From Asterionella formosa (taxonomy: Eukaryota): a stretch of 64,000 bases of DNA. The translations under genes were made by a program, and so were the position numbers. The DNA lies in the NCBI GenBank assembly GCA_002256025.1, contig NKIB01004673.1:1-64000 (forward strand). Direction: 5' to 3'. Under the pieces are notes generated by a model that did no database searches, was not told the DNA's origin, and saw only the letters and a program-made list of their open reading frames with translations. Shown piece by piece: positions 48,603-59,960 of the stretch. Numbering within the stretch: position 1 is the stretch's first letter; each line of letters opens with the position of its first letter.

Positions 48603-49664
48603 ATGGAAGCCCCCGCCGTTGTTACTCGCATCACAACCCTTCTCAAATGCCGATATCCTATCCTTCTCCCAGGCATGTCCTGGATCTCTACACCAGAACT
48701 GGTAGCGGCTGTCTCCAACGCAGGCGGCGTGGGAATCTTGGCGACGGGACCACTGTCAGCAGCAGAGACGAGAGATGCAATTCGTAGGATTCGGGACTTG
48801 ACGGAAAAGCCCTTTGGAATCGGGGCTACCTTGCTCATGCCGGGTGCTGCGGAGAATGCTAGAGTTGCCTTGGAAGAACAAGTGCCTCTCGTCAACGTCA
48901 GTTTGGGAAAGGCTGATTGGATAGCTGACGCCGTTCATTCGTACGGAGGGCATCTCTTGGCGACAGTGACCAACAGCAAGCATGCTAGGGCTGCGATAGA
49001 CTCTGGAGCCGATGCTCTCATGTGCACTGGCCATGAGGCTGCGGCACATGGTGGAGACGTGACTTCGTTGGTGTTGATTCCATCCCTTGCCAAAGAGTTT
49101 CCAGACGTACCGCTTGTGGCCGCTGGAGGATTTGCTAGTGGGCAAGGTCTAGCTGCTGCCTTGACATTGGGAGCCGATGCTATCGCCATGGGATCTCGCT
49201 TTGCGGTCACTAGAGAAAGCCCCCTAGCAGAACAAACCAAAGCAGCTGTCGTTAACGGCAGAGAAAGTGATACAATATATGGAGACAATTTTGACGGAAT
49301 TCCTGCTCGAGTCTTGAAGACTCCAACTGCAGAACGTCTGATGAGGGGCCGACCGTTCTTTCCAGTGGTTGTTTATCGGGCTCTTCAAGCATCTCAAAGT
49401 ATGAAGATACCCTTGTGGAAAGTCCTACCCGGCCTTTTGACACAATATGACAAAATGTACATGGTAGCTCAACTAGGTGCAGCAACAAATGCTATCCAAG
49501 CAGCGACAGTTGATGGTAATATGAGGGATGGAGTACAATTCATTGGACAGTGTCAAGGCCTCATTGATGAGATTGAAAGTGTCGACAAGGTTGTACAACG
49601 GATCCTTCGAGAAGCCGAGGAAGCATCAACGAGGACATCCTTCAGATTTCGCCATCATTCTTGA
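48603..49664 (+). CDS. Nitronate monooxygenase / FabK-like FMN-dependent oxidoreductase
   Basis: YPILLPGMSWISTPELVAAVSNAGGVGIL, KPFG, GHEAAAHGG, PLVAAGGFASGQGLAAALTLGADAIAMGSRF, GQCQGLI. Confidence 0.92.
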   Translation: MEAPAVVTRITTLLKCRYPILLPGMSWISTPELVAAVSNAGGVGILATGPLSAAETRDAIRRIRDLTEKPFGIGATLLMPGAAENARVALEEQVPLVNVSLGKADWIADAVHSYGGHLLATVTNSKHARAAIDSGADALMCTGHEAAAHGGDVTSLVLIPSLAKEFPDVPLVAAGGFASGQGLAAALTLGADAIAMGSRFAVTRESPLAEQTKAAVVNGRESDTIYGDNFDGIPARVLKTPTAERLMRGRPFFPVVVYRALQASQSMKIPLWKVLPGLLTQYDKMYMVAQLGAATNAIQAATVDGNMRDGVQFIGQCQGLIDEIESVDKVVQRILREAEEASTRTSFRFRHHS

Positions 49665-50262
49665 TGCATTGGCCTGCGATGTTACAGTAGGAACAATTGA
49701 ATATGCTGAGTTTCCAATGGCAATACTGAATTATTGGTGCCTCTTCTTTTTACTCTCATGGATAAATTCTGCATTGCAAGAGGCCAAAGTGTCTGATTGT
49801 AAGCCATGCTCTACAATCCCTTTTTTGCAGAAGTAGCTAGTAGCAATGAAGCAACTTCATTGTCTAGATATCTATCCTGCATTAGTGATTGATATTCAGC
49901 CTATATTGGATAGCAACTTTTGTCCCAGATTAAATTGTTGATTTAAGCAAAATGACCATATTATACATGCTGTAGACTTGGTATTATCTTTACAAGACTA
50001 GTATGTTAAATTTTTTGCTTTACGTAAATATTGATTTTCATATGCTCAATTTCGTTGCCACAATTATAATTTTCACCCTATCCTGCCTGCCTTTGCTCTA
50101 TTTGGGCTTGCAACAGGCAACTTTCATCTTTTCTTTGATCCCCTTGGCTGCTGATTGTTATGCTAGTCAGAGTGGATTGGTGAGTACATTGCACAGTGAA
50201 ACACTGAATGTGGATTGTAGATCCTACTGATTGAATTTCCGATTTGATTGCTTCCATTGTTG

Positions 50263-50391
50263 ATTTCCATAGAAATCTTCAATCTTTGATCTTGGTAGAC
50301 AGCTGATTGACATGGCAATCAAGGTTCGACTCGTTCGATTACAATCGAGTCCACAATCCTTGTACTCGGGCTAATATATTCTTGACAACTG
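50263..50391. repeat. Dispersed repeat A, copy 2
   Basis: Matches 184-311 and is followed directly by ggtaccaggtaccaggtaccgggtacc. Confidence 0.9.
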
Positions 50392-50593
50392 GGTACCAGG
50401 TACCAGGTACCGGGTACCATTGTTCTACTCCTAACTGGCAGTTCCGGAATTCAATTATGTTGGAAAACGGAACTGGACACGGTTGTCTCGACTCTAATAC
50501 TTTTCAATTTTTTATTTCCCATTTCTACTAATACCAGTGTGTAATTTGAGCGTCTAGCGCAACAACGACAACTTGATAGCACTAGCTGATATC

Positions 50594-52280
50594 ATGAACA
50601 CAGCCAATTGTTGCCATACTATTGAAGGATGCCCTGGCCTCTATGTGGACGCCTTTCGGGGCCCCCTGCTTCAAAAAACGAACGACGCGATGAATTCTTT
50701 TATCCTGACTCATTATCACGGTGTACGTAAATCAACACTTTGCATTGCGTACACGTCCTATTTAGAACAGTAAGCAGAACTCCCTGGCTGCGATCTTTAC
50801 TTCGCCTCACTTTTGCCTTTTCAAGCGCTCATCCATCATCCAATCATCACTGTGCGCATAATAGGACCACTACGGAAGTCTTCCGCGAGATCTAAAATAT
50901 CAAGGACCCGCCTTGATTCATTGCACACCCACCACTGCGGCTCTACTCGTTCGAGTCCATTTAGTTCCAGCACAATTCGTGTGTCCACACGAGTATGGAG
51001 AGACCTGGTGGGCTCATCACTCAAAGCACGACACCAGCATCACATTTTATGACGCCAACCACTGTCCTGGTGCTGCCATTGTAGTTATTGAGTTACTAGA
51101 CGGCACCTGCCACTTGCACTGTGGAGACATGAGATATCATGACAAGATGAAATCATATCCGAAGCTGGCACAAGCTGTTCAGGACCAAACGCTTGATTTG
51201 GTGTACTTGGACACCACGTATGGACATCCGAAGCATGACTTCATGCCGCAAGAAGAAGCGATTCAGACTATTGCGGGGACAGTTCAAGAAGAGTTATCGA
51301 AGCAGGAAAATACGCTGATATTGTTAAGTTGCTACTCCATTGGAAAGGAAAAAGTATTGTGGGAATGTGCATCAAGAACGAACCAGCTGGTACATGTTAC
51401 AGAAAAGAAACACAAAATGTTGGAATGTATCCTTCAGGGAGAAGGCGATGTGTCCCACAATATTCTTGAAAAATGTACTTTAGATCCAGGAAGGAGTGAC
51501 ATACACGTCATTCCCATGGGTCTAGCCGGGGAAATATGGCCTTATTTTCGACCCAATTATTGGAAATGTGCAGAGTACGCCGAAGAACTTAATAAGCAGT
51601 ACGACCGAATTGTAGCATTTCTACCAACGGGGTGGGCGAATGCGTCAAATTGGAATAAAAAGAATTCCGTTACTTCCAAGGAAGTCGACTACAAAACCAA
51701 GGGTGGATCTGTAAAAGTCGAAATTCAATTAGTTAGCTATTCAGAACACTCGGCTTTTAGTGAGCTAGTGTCTTTTGTTGATTTTCTTAAGCCTCGCAAA
51801 GTGATACCCACTGTTTTTGGCGATGATAATGATCGACGAAAGATTGAGAATCATTTTCGGAATAAGGTCAATTCGACCCGTGCCAAGCAGAACTTTTTCA
51901 AAGATATGACCAGATATTCACCCGTAATAAAAAATGGAACTCTTGGGTCTGTCGAGAAAATTATGGATATTCCGACAACGAAATCTGACACAACAAGTAA
52001 AAAGCGAAAGGCTTCAGACAGCAGTTCAGGTAGCGTTGGTGTCCTGGTGGCAATGGGGTTTGGAGCCGAGGCAGCTATAGCAGCCTTGAATGCCCACTCA
52101 GACAACTTGGAAGCTGCGTTGAATGATTTGCTGTACCCAGTGTTTCGTGATAATAGCAAGAAGCCATCATCCCAAGAATCCCCCATTGATATAGACGTTT
52201 TAGAAGCAAGTGCACCTGCGCAGACCGACCAACTTCGGACAATAGCTCGTTTCTTCGCTAAGAAGGAGGAAAAACCATAG
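50594..52280 (+). CDS. SNM1: DNA cross-link repair nuclease of SNM1/PSO2 type (MBL-beta-CASP) with a C-terminal UBA-like domain, 2 exons
   Basis: Intron 50723-50864 rebuilds FILTHYHG-DHY (HxHxDH). Motifs: DANHCPGA, LHCGDMR, YLDTTY, YSIGKE, PTGW, YSEHS, VIPTV. UBA-like LVAMGFGAEAAIAALNAHSDNLEAALNDLL. Confidence 0.92.
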
Positions 52281-52445
52281 AAGAGTTTCACATAGGTCCA
52301 CATTCTCGAGCAGTGATGTAAATCACTGGTTATACCAAGTTGTTCTATATATATACATGGTGCTTAGTCCGTATGACATCACCGTATGTCGTTTTAGATG
52401 TTAATTCATTAGATTTCATTGGTTGCATGCTATGTAATTCTTTGC

Positions 52446-53717
52446 CTACAATCCCATCTTCTCAACAATGCGCCCGACGATTGCATCGCCATTATCCTTT
52501 ACCCACTTAACCCGTCTTTCGTAGTTCGCAATACGAGTTGTGATACTAGAAATGTCATCCTCTCCGGCAATGGCACGTCCAACGAAGTAAACAATGTTAG
52601 AAAGGATTCGAAGATTGATCAAATCTGGAATGGCCTCAGCTTCGACTTTTGTAAGCTCCCCAGTTTTAGCAAAACCATCAATGAAAGCATCAAAGTATGG
52701 CATGGCGTCGGGTTGTTCACCAGCATACTTGGACAGGCAAATGGCAAGCTCCATGGCACGCCAGTCGAACGAAGCGAATTCAAAGTCTAATAGACCTGTT
52801 ACCTTTCCATCCTCAACAAGCACATTGTCATAGTGTAGATCACCATGAATAAGTTGTGTCTGAAGAGTCTGGTATGTTCCTTCGCATTTGTCGGCAATGT
52901 CAAGCGTTTCCTTGGTCATACGGGTGGCCACATCGCGCAAATCTCCATCAAACGCACTCCCTGCCATGCCCGCTTCAAAGTTCTCTCTCGTGACGGCATG
53001 ATGCACCTCCCACATTTTCCAGTATGGCGCAGTATTGCACATGGCGGGATCGATAGACACATTCGCTAGGGCAGTATTCAATTCACCTGACGCTCGTCCA
53101 ATGTCTTCCACACAGGTTAGCTTAGGCAGTTCACCCGGGATCAGGGTGCACATGCACGCATCAGCTCCATTGCTGAGTCTAGACATGGTTGTTCCGTCCT
53201 TGGACATGATAAATTTGGGCACCTCGAAACTAAACGGTGGCATCTCGTTGAGCTGGCGCAATATCTCGTGTTCAAACTTAACCCGTTGAGCATTGAGGCC
53301 ATTGTTATAAATACGAAGTAGCTGCCGTTCACCAGACGGGAGTGTGATGTATTGAACAATGTTGTTCACACCACCACTAGTTGCCTCCATTGTTATCCCT
53401 TCTGTGCTGTCAAGGAACTTGGAAAGGGCCTCCATGGCAAGGTCTGAGTCTGTCAGCTTTGATCCTACCGCACCAATGGTGGAAGACGACAAACTGAATA
53501 GTGTCATCGGAGCAGCGTTTCCTGTTGCTATTCCTCTTGGAGGAGTTGTAGAAGTCGAAGTGAGAGTACCTGTTGGCTTTGACGACCCGACGGTTGAATG
53601 GCGAATCACAAAGGGAGTTTGAGGAATGAAGCAAGTTACTGCCGTTACGTGGAGCGAAAAACGAAGGAAAAACATTCTCATCATGGCCGGAGCTTTTTTC
53701 TCCATGTAAAACACCAT
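52446..53717 (-). CDS. APH-fold phosphotransferase, homoserine kinase type II-like, probably plastid-targeted
   Basis: SGGVNN...LLRIYNNG...FEHEIL, IHGDLHYDNVL, LLDFEFA, MELAICLSKY. Presequence ...LHVTAVTC-FIPQ followed by a Ser/Thr-rich stretch. The start may be 53717 or a slightly later Met. Confidence 0.8.
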   Translation of the reverse strand: MVFYMEKKAPAMMRMFFLRFSLHVTAVTCFIPQTPFVIRHSTVGSSKPTGTLTSTSTTPPRGIATGNAAPMTLFSLSSSTIGAVGSKLTDSDLAMEALSKFLDSTEGITMEATSGGVNNIVQYITLPSGERQLLRIYNNGLNAQRVKFEHEILRQLNEMPPFSFEVPKFIMSKDGTTMSRLSNGADACMCTLIPGELPKLTCVEDIGRASGELNTALANVSIDPAMCNTAPYWKMWEVHHAVTRENFEAGMAGSAFDGDLRDVATRMTKETLDIADKCEGTYQTLQTQLIHGDLHYDNVLVEDGKVTGLLDFEFASFDWRAMELAICLSKYAGEQPDAMPYFDAFIDGFAKTGELTKVEAEAIPDLINLRILSNIVYFVGRAIAGEDDISSITTRIANYERRVKWVKDNGDAIVGRIVEKMGL

Positions 53718-54023
53718 AGTTTTCGGTATCCTATCAAATATTTTTCTTCATGTAGGCTTGGATTGTGGCGGTAGCTATGTAGAATCGATTCTACGTTTTA
53801 TTGGCCTAAACTATTAATTGTTATGTAATGATATATATAGATACCCGAGTATTTTACATTGCACTACCAGGTACCAGGAATCAACCTGGTACCTGCTACC
53901 AGCAAGTAGCAGTCATTTTGCTTAAGCTAACATTTTAATCTGGGATAAAAATAGCTAAATCTTTAGTTTCAGGCAGGTACTCCCTTTTGGTGAAAACAAG
54001 TGCGTCAATTCGTCGGCACCACG

Positions 54024-54690
54024 AGTGCTGAGCAGCGTATTTAATGACGGATTACGTAGATAGTGTACCAATTTTCTAGGTGAGAATCGACTCTTTCGAA
54101 AAAATGCGTATTTTACTACATACCGTTGGTTACATAGACATACTCTGTTTTTGTAATGTAATCAAATAATAAGCATTTAAATGAATTAATTGAAACCAAT
54201 TAAACATACATATATATTCATTGCGACAATGGACAAATCACAAAAAGCTGTTTTACATCAGTTGGCCACTCAAATATCTGCGTGAAACAGAATAACACAT
54301 GCCAGTCTCGTAATTATACTGCCTATGGAATAACGACGGTTTCATTCCAGATACTACTTTCTACGGTTGTTACATTTACATTGACCACATCACCAGATAT
54401 TTAATGGTTCCAATCCTCAAAAGGAGCATACCTTTGTTTCCTTCCTTCCCATCATAGCTGCTTTCACAGTCGAGCAATCCATAATGGAAGACAAGTTGCA
54501 GTTGTTCAATTGTTATTTGATCCTACTTCTCATGAATGTTGAGAATACTTGATGGTTTGAAGAAAATGGGTGCTGATCATGCAACTGCATTTTGCTGAAG
54601 ATGCATGGCCATAAGAGAAAATCGAAAATGTAGTAGATTTTATCTTTCTCTGGCTATCAAATATATGTGTACATGGATCTGTATATTTTC
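54024..54690. repeat. Dispersed repeat family B, direct copy of about 55951-56590
   Basis: Collinear blocks: agtgctgagcagc, aaaccaatt, tatattcattg, ttacatttacat.gaccaca.caccagatatttaa, gatggtttgaagaaaa, aaaatcgaaaa, tgtacat.gatc. Confidence 0.85.
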
Positions 54691-55459
54691 AACATTGTGG
54701 TGAACTCGTTTCCGGGTTCCCTACAGATATTATATACATCACATCCTAGCTAGTGCTCAGTCTACGGGCGCTGCTACACATGCTGCACCTGACTAGAACC
54801 CTTTCCACCGCCCATATCCACTCTGGACGATGCCACATCGGCCGCTCCTCTCCCACATCGTCCTCTGCTACCCTCTTCATACCTTCTTCCGACCCCCAAA
54901 GTGAATCCGAAGAAAACCCATCGAAATCCTCCTTCACCAACCTCAAGAAGACGAGAAAACCAAGGTTCAGTCAACATGCAGTACCTATTTCAAGCACCAA
55001 CCGCTTCCGTCAACCATACTCCCCTCTCCCCCTGACGAGACTTCTCTTATCTTCTCTTGACAACGGAAACACGAAGAAGCGCACAGCAACAACCGCAGAT
55101 CCAGAGCCCAATCCTGATCAAGGCGCAATTCTGCTGCCTCCGCTAGCCCATTATCTACCACTACCTCCCCTCCTATTCTCCCTAAATTCTCCTCCCAATG
55201 CCTCTTTTCTCCAAGGAGGAAGTAATTGCCTATTTCAACGAAAGTGTTGCAATATGCACAATTAGTTAATCAGGGTAACTCGTGGTTATTTCCACGATGC
55301 GATGTTTCTGGTTGCAAATAGAACAACTAGTGTATTGTTCGATGTTTGTAAATATGTCTATATTAAAATCTAAAATGACCTACTCCATAGTTCCAGAAAA
55401 AAATGAACTGCGAAAATTAGTATGTAAATAAAAGTCAATACAAAATTGTACTATGTCAT

Positions 55460-56690
55460 GGGATTTTCTTGCATTTTGAGTTGTTGCGCCCCTTCTGAGA
55501 TTTTATTTTCTCAAGTTTCTGGTTAATTTGTACATCAAAAAGAAATAGTCATCTAGTAGCTAATAGTTACTAACCTAGTCACCATGGACTCAAAGATTTC
55601 TCTACTTTGTTCATATGATCTTGAAAACAGAGCAAATGACGACGAAAACTAATTCTAGTGGCAATTTCAAATTTTTTTAGTCGATATTAGTGCAAAATTT
55701 TTAATTACTGAACAATTATGCATCTCATTTAGTAGTCTAGATTCATCTACGAAATAGCAATACTTCACTATCTTTTTTCGATGAGAAATTCATTCCAAAT
55801 ATTTCATCATGGTCAACAAGATGGAGGTGTTGAATCATCAACCCCCTTCTACTACTACTGTAGTGCAAATTCAAAATTACCTTCCAGTACCAGTATCATG
55901 TATGCCAAACATATCTAAATATATTATGCATACATACTTGCAGCAACTCAAGTGCTGAGCAGCATATTTATAGGACGAATGCATTACACAGATCTTTTTC
56001 AATGTAAGGGCAGCCAAAATGCATTTTTTATGATTTATGTAGATGTAACCTATACTCTATTCCTGTAATTAAATTATTAGCAACTAAATAGATTAATCAA
56101 AACCAATTTAATATACTACTGGTATATTCATTGTGTATTACATGTATTACATATGATCGCAACATGCTGTTTTACATTGGCTGGCCAAGATTCTATTTTT
56201 TTGGGAAACTGAATGACTCATGTCACTATCATAAAATTACTAAATAACTAGAAACACAGTCATTTCATATACTTTCTATGGTTATTACATTTACATGGAC
56301 CACACCACCAGATATTTAACAGTTCTGATCATCAAAACAAGCCTACCATAGTTTTCTTCCTGCCAATCATCATTGCCACTTTCGCAGTTGTGCAATCCAT
56401 GACATAGTTGAAGGTAAGTTGACATTCTTCTACTGGTATATCTTACTTTGTCTGCATGTAGAGATGGTTTGAAGAAAAATGAGTCCTCTGCATGTTGCTT
56501 AGGATAACCAAAAGCAAAATCGAAAAAGCCCAAAAACATTTTTTGGAAACATAGTTATATTTATATTGTACATAGATCAAAAGCTTTTTGGATGGTGGAC
56601 AATAGGGAAATTGAGGTAGTGAAAATCACAGGAGTCAAAATGGCCCCAGAGAAATTTTTAGAATTGACACAATTTTTTGCCCAGAAGGAG
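55460..56690. repeat. Dispersed repeat family B, longest copy, including a probable terminus
   Basis: Overlaps in homology with 39400-40070 and 54024-54690. Its end, aaaatggccccagaga...agaattga.acaatt...gccca, recurs inverted at about 63252-63304. Confidence 0.75.
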
Positions 56691-56887
56691 TACCAGGTAC
56701 TGGTAGTGTAGGGGTCTAACATTTCAGTGAATACCAGTACTGGTATTTTAGTTGACTAATAAAATTGTATTTGCCCAAAGTTTGCATCATTAAGTACTCT
56801 GAGTACTTGATAGTCAATGATATGTCATGTCTTAAAAACCAGTCTTCCTTTGTTTGCAAGTTAATCATATCAGGATCCAGATTTGGA

Positions 56888-58483
56888 TCATGCAGTCCTC
56901 AATCGCAAGGCTTCGGCCAAATCACTGCGTCGTCGATTTCTGCATTCTCTCAATGAGTTCAATATCAATACCACACCAAGTCGACCAAGGGGAAGGGCAA
57001 AAAATAGATTTGCATAAAAGATCAAGACAGGGCAGAGCCAGTCTAACAGCAATGCCATGACTGGTCCACTTTCTATGACCTGCTCCAAGATCCCCCCAAC
57101 TTGTAGTGATTGTCTCAACCAAATCACTCCGATCCAGTTCAAGGAACCAAGGCCCATACAGTGAAAAAATTGTTTTGATTGAAGACTAGTTAATCGATAT
57201 CGGCGTTCTTGCAGCGACGAGGGCAGACTTGATTGCCGCAGAGGGGGCATCACAATGACTTCTTTTGTATAGAATATGTGCTCAAAGCTGTCATCGTCCA
57301 TATTTGAAACTTCTTCGTATTGAGTGGCATGGCTTGATTCAGCAATAAGTTCAGGAAATACAAACCGAGCCTCCCCTGTATTTGAAAATGAATCATTTCG
57401 GCTTGGGACTCCATTAAAATGTGCCACGAAAGCCAGTCCGCTAGTGATAATAGCTGCATCATCATCAAGAGATTTTGCTGGGAAATCTGTGTATGGCCCA
57501 AGTTCTTGCAATGACGAGCTACCTTGAGTTGTTGCATGTTCCAATATAACTGCTCCACGTAGTTTCCACTTTTCAGGTTCAGAGGGTCCTGGTTCAAATG
57601 GAATAGGGCCAAAAAGGAATTCAACTGCTACAGATAGGAGGCCTCGGTATGCCTCCGAATGATCAGTCCTTCCTCGCCCGTCATAGTCATCCCCATCCTG
57701 TCTACCTCCTTGGATTAAAGCATCACCCTCGGTATTTTCTGAATGATTTCTACCAAAACCACGACCCCAACCTCGCGACGCCAGGGCTCGTCGCCGATTG
57801 AGTTGGTTTGCTCGCATCCAAAACCAAAAGGATGTTGGGTTCCCACAGCATAGCGACAAACATAAGGAGGCATCATACGCAATCTCGGACATGAACGGAT
57901 CTTGCCCTTCAATGTTTTGTCCGAACATTGCGTAACACCATAGTAATTGTCGAATGGTAAAAACCATGCTTCGAATTCGTCGGACCATTGACGCTCGATG
58001 ATGATCACCTACTCCACCTCTCGACATGGCAATGATGACTGCAACCATGCCAACGATTCCCGCAAATGTGAGAATTAGAAGAGACAATACCAATCCAAAG
58101 GCAGTAAATATCTTCAAGATCTTTACCAGGAACAAGAGCCCACCATGGAACGATTCGTAGGTGTCTTGCTTCCGTCGTGTTGCCCGAGCGCGTCGTTCAA
58201 AGTCAGGTGGAAAGGTAAACACCATTGTAGGCGGGCCATTTTCCACGTGCTCAAACTTGAAGGAAGCTCCATCATGACCACCTCCAATAGCAGCCAAGAG
58301 TCCACAAAGTTCAGCGCAGGCATCGTTGACACTAATACCAAGGTCTGAGGCTAACCGGGCGGGGCGAATGGTGAAATCTTGGCATGATCTGATAATTATT
58401 AATATTCGCTCGTCCAAAGGAAGTTGTGGGTAGTCAACGGGGTCCGATTCGCTTTGTTCCACGGAGAAAGGATCCGCCATCAT
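56888..58483 (-). CDS. Conserved membrane protein similar to plant/cyanobacterial At5g03900-type proteins
   Basis: LASDLGISVNDACAELCGL...VFTFPPDF, a TM helix, EFLFG...EKWKL...QELGPYTD, HFNGVP, FVFPEL, GLGSLNWIGV, YANLFFALPLGR...RNRRR follow that family's motif order. ATG at 58483. Confidence 0.7.
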   Translation of the reverse strand: MMADPFSVEQSESDPVDYPQLPLDERILIIIRSCQDFTIRPARLASDLGISVNDACAELCGLLAAIGGGHDGASFKFEHVENGPPTMVFTFPPDFERRARATRRKQDTYESFHGGLLFLVKILKIFTAFGLVLSLLILTFAGIVGMVAVIIAMSRGGVGDHHRASMVRRIRSMVFTIRQLLWCYAMFGQNIEGQDPFMSEIAYDASLCLSLCCGNPTSFWFWMRANQLNRRRALASRGWGRGFGRNHSENTEGDALIQGGRQDGDDYDGRGRTDHSEAYRGLLSVAVEFLFGPIPFEPGPSEPEKWKLRGAVILEHATTQGSSSLQELGPYTDFPAKSLDDDAAIITSGLAFVAHFNGVPSRNDSFSNTGEARFVFPELIAESSHATQYEEVSNMDDDSFEHIFYTKEVIVMPPLRQSSLPSSLQERRYRLTSLQSKQFFHCMGLGSLNWIGVIWLRQSLQVGGILEQVIESGPVMALLLDWLCPVLIFYANLFFALPLGRLGVVLILNSLRECRNRRRSDLAEALRLRTA

Positions 58484-58906
58484 GGTGTGTGTGTTTGTGT
58501 AGATGGACGCCACGGTCCGGTCATGTCGACTATTTTGTAATATTTGCACAACACAGGTACTGCACTTCTTTTCTGCATTATTACATGCATTCGAATTCCA
58601 TACAAGGTAAAAATGATATTCTACTCGTTAGAAGTGGGTGAAAATGTCGAATTTTGTCTTGTCGTGTTTAGTAACGCCGCTGGCGGGCGCAAACCGTTAG
58701 AAGTTTGTTTTGATTTTTAACGGCTGTCGAGTCGGGAAAACCTGTCGGTTCTGGGAATGGATGACTCGGAAATTCAAATTACCGCAACTTGAAGGTATGA
58801 TGCATTGGAGTACTACTACCGGTACCTGTTACCGGTACCGGTAATCACATACCGCTATTCTTTCGCTCATTTTGATGTCATCGTTTGCCAGCAGCAATAT
58901 ATTGAA

Positions 58907-59960
58907 ATGCACCGTGCAGCGTCTCGCAACTCCATCGTCGCTGCCGTAACAACTGTAACTGCTTGTTTGGGGAACAGCAATATCACAAGTCAAAATTCCC
59001 CTTTGACAAGAGCAGAGGGGAGGCATGAATGGAAGAAATTGTGGGGAACTGGTGCGACCGATTGCAATAACGCAGGTGAAGCCAATGCAATGGTTGGGCA
59101 TCAGGTGCTTTGTCGACAGCTGTGGCACCCATCGTTGCCGTATCCACTCTGGGATTACAATTGGGATGGAAAAATGACTAGCAAAACGACTTTAGAAGCT
59201 CTTTCTAAGGTGGACCAGGAACCAGTGATTGGCACTACGAGACATGTGATCTTGATTCGTCACGGGCAATACGATGAATCGTCCAAGGTGAGTGCTGAGC
59301 AAGTCTTCCGGAAAGAAAGGTTGGACTAGTGAAACGTTCAAGGATGAACATATCTCACTTAGCGAATTGCCACAGAACGACAAAGATAGAAAACTCACTC
59401 CACTTGGAAGAGAGCAAGCAAAATTGACTGGAAAGCGCCTTGCAGAAATGGCAAAAGGAATCAATGAAGAATTTGGTCCTTGTAATTTCAAGGTCATCAG
59501 ATCAAGCGACATGCTTAGAGCTCGTGAAACAGCCGCAATAATAGCTCAGTATATGAATGGAGTCAAAATGGCATCCCCAGATGAGTTGCTTAACGAAGCG
59601 CTACCAGCACCTATTATTCCAGTAAGGCCAGATATCATAGGAGCAGAACAGGAGATTGACGAGAATCGCGACCGAATTGAGTCAGCATTCCAGAAGTACA
59701 TGTATCGTGGCCCCGAGGGGAAGGAGCCAAAGCATGAATTCGAGGTCATTGTCTGCCATGGAAATGTGATTCGGTATTTCTTCGCTCGCGCTCTTCAAAT
59801 TCCCCCTGAGACTTGGCTGCGAATGTCGACATTCAACTGTTCATTGACATATATCATTATCAAGCCAAATGGATACTGCTCAGCGCGAATGATGGGCGAC
59901 ATTGGTCATCTTGGTCTTGCAAAAACCACTTTTAGCAGCTTTTCTGGATTTACTTGGTAG
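58907..59960 (+). CDS. PGAM5: Mitochondrial Ser/Thr phosphatase PGAM5-like, 2 exons
   Basis: WDYNWD motif and ILIRHGQY. Intron 59288-59375 (gtgagt...cag). LTPLGREQA, SSDMLRARETA, RIESAF, VIVCHGNVIRYF..RALQIPPETWLR, GDIGH. Confidence 0.93.

Noticed and set aside
12507..52280. Idea of a DNA-repair gene cluster (RAD23, SNM1, HMG box)
   Set aside because: The genes are far apart and interspersed with unrelated housekeeping genes, with no sign of co-organisation.
54753..55265. 170-aa Ser/Pro-rich ORF
   Set aside because: GTG start, low complexity, embedded among repeats and no domain. It cannot be supported as a gene.
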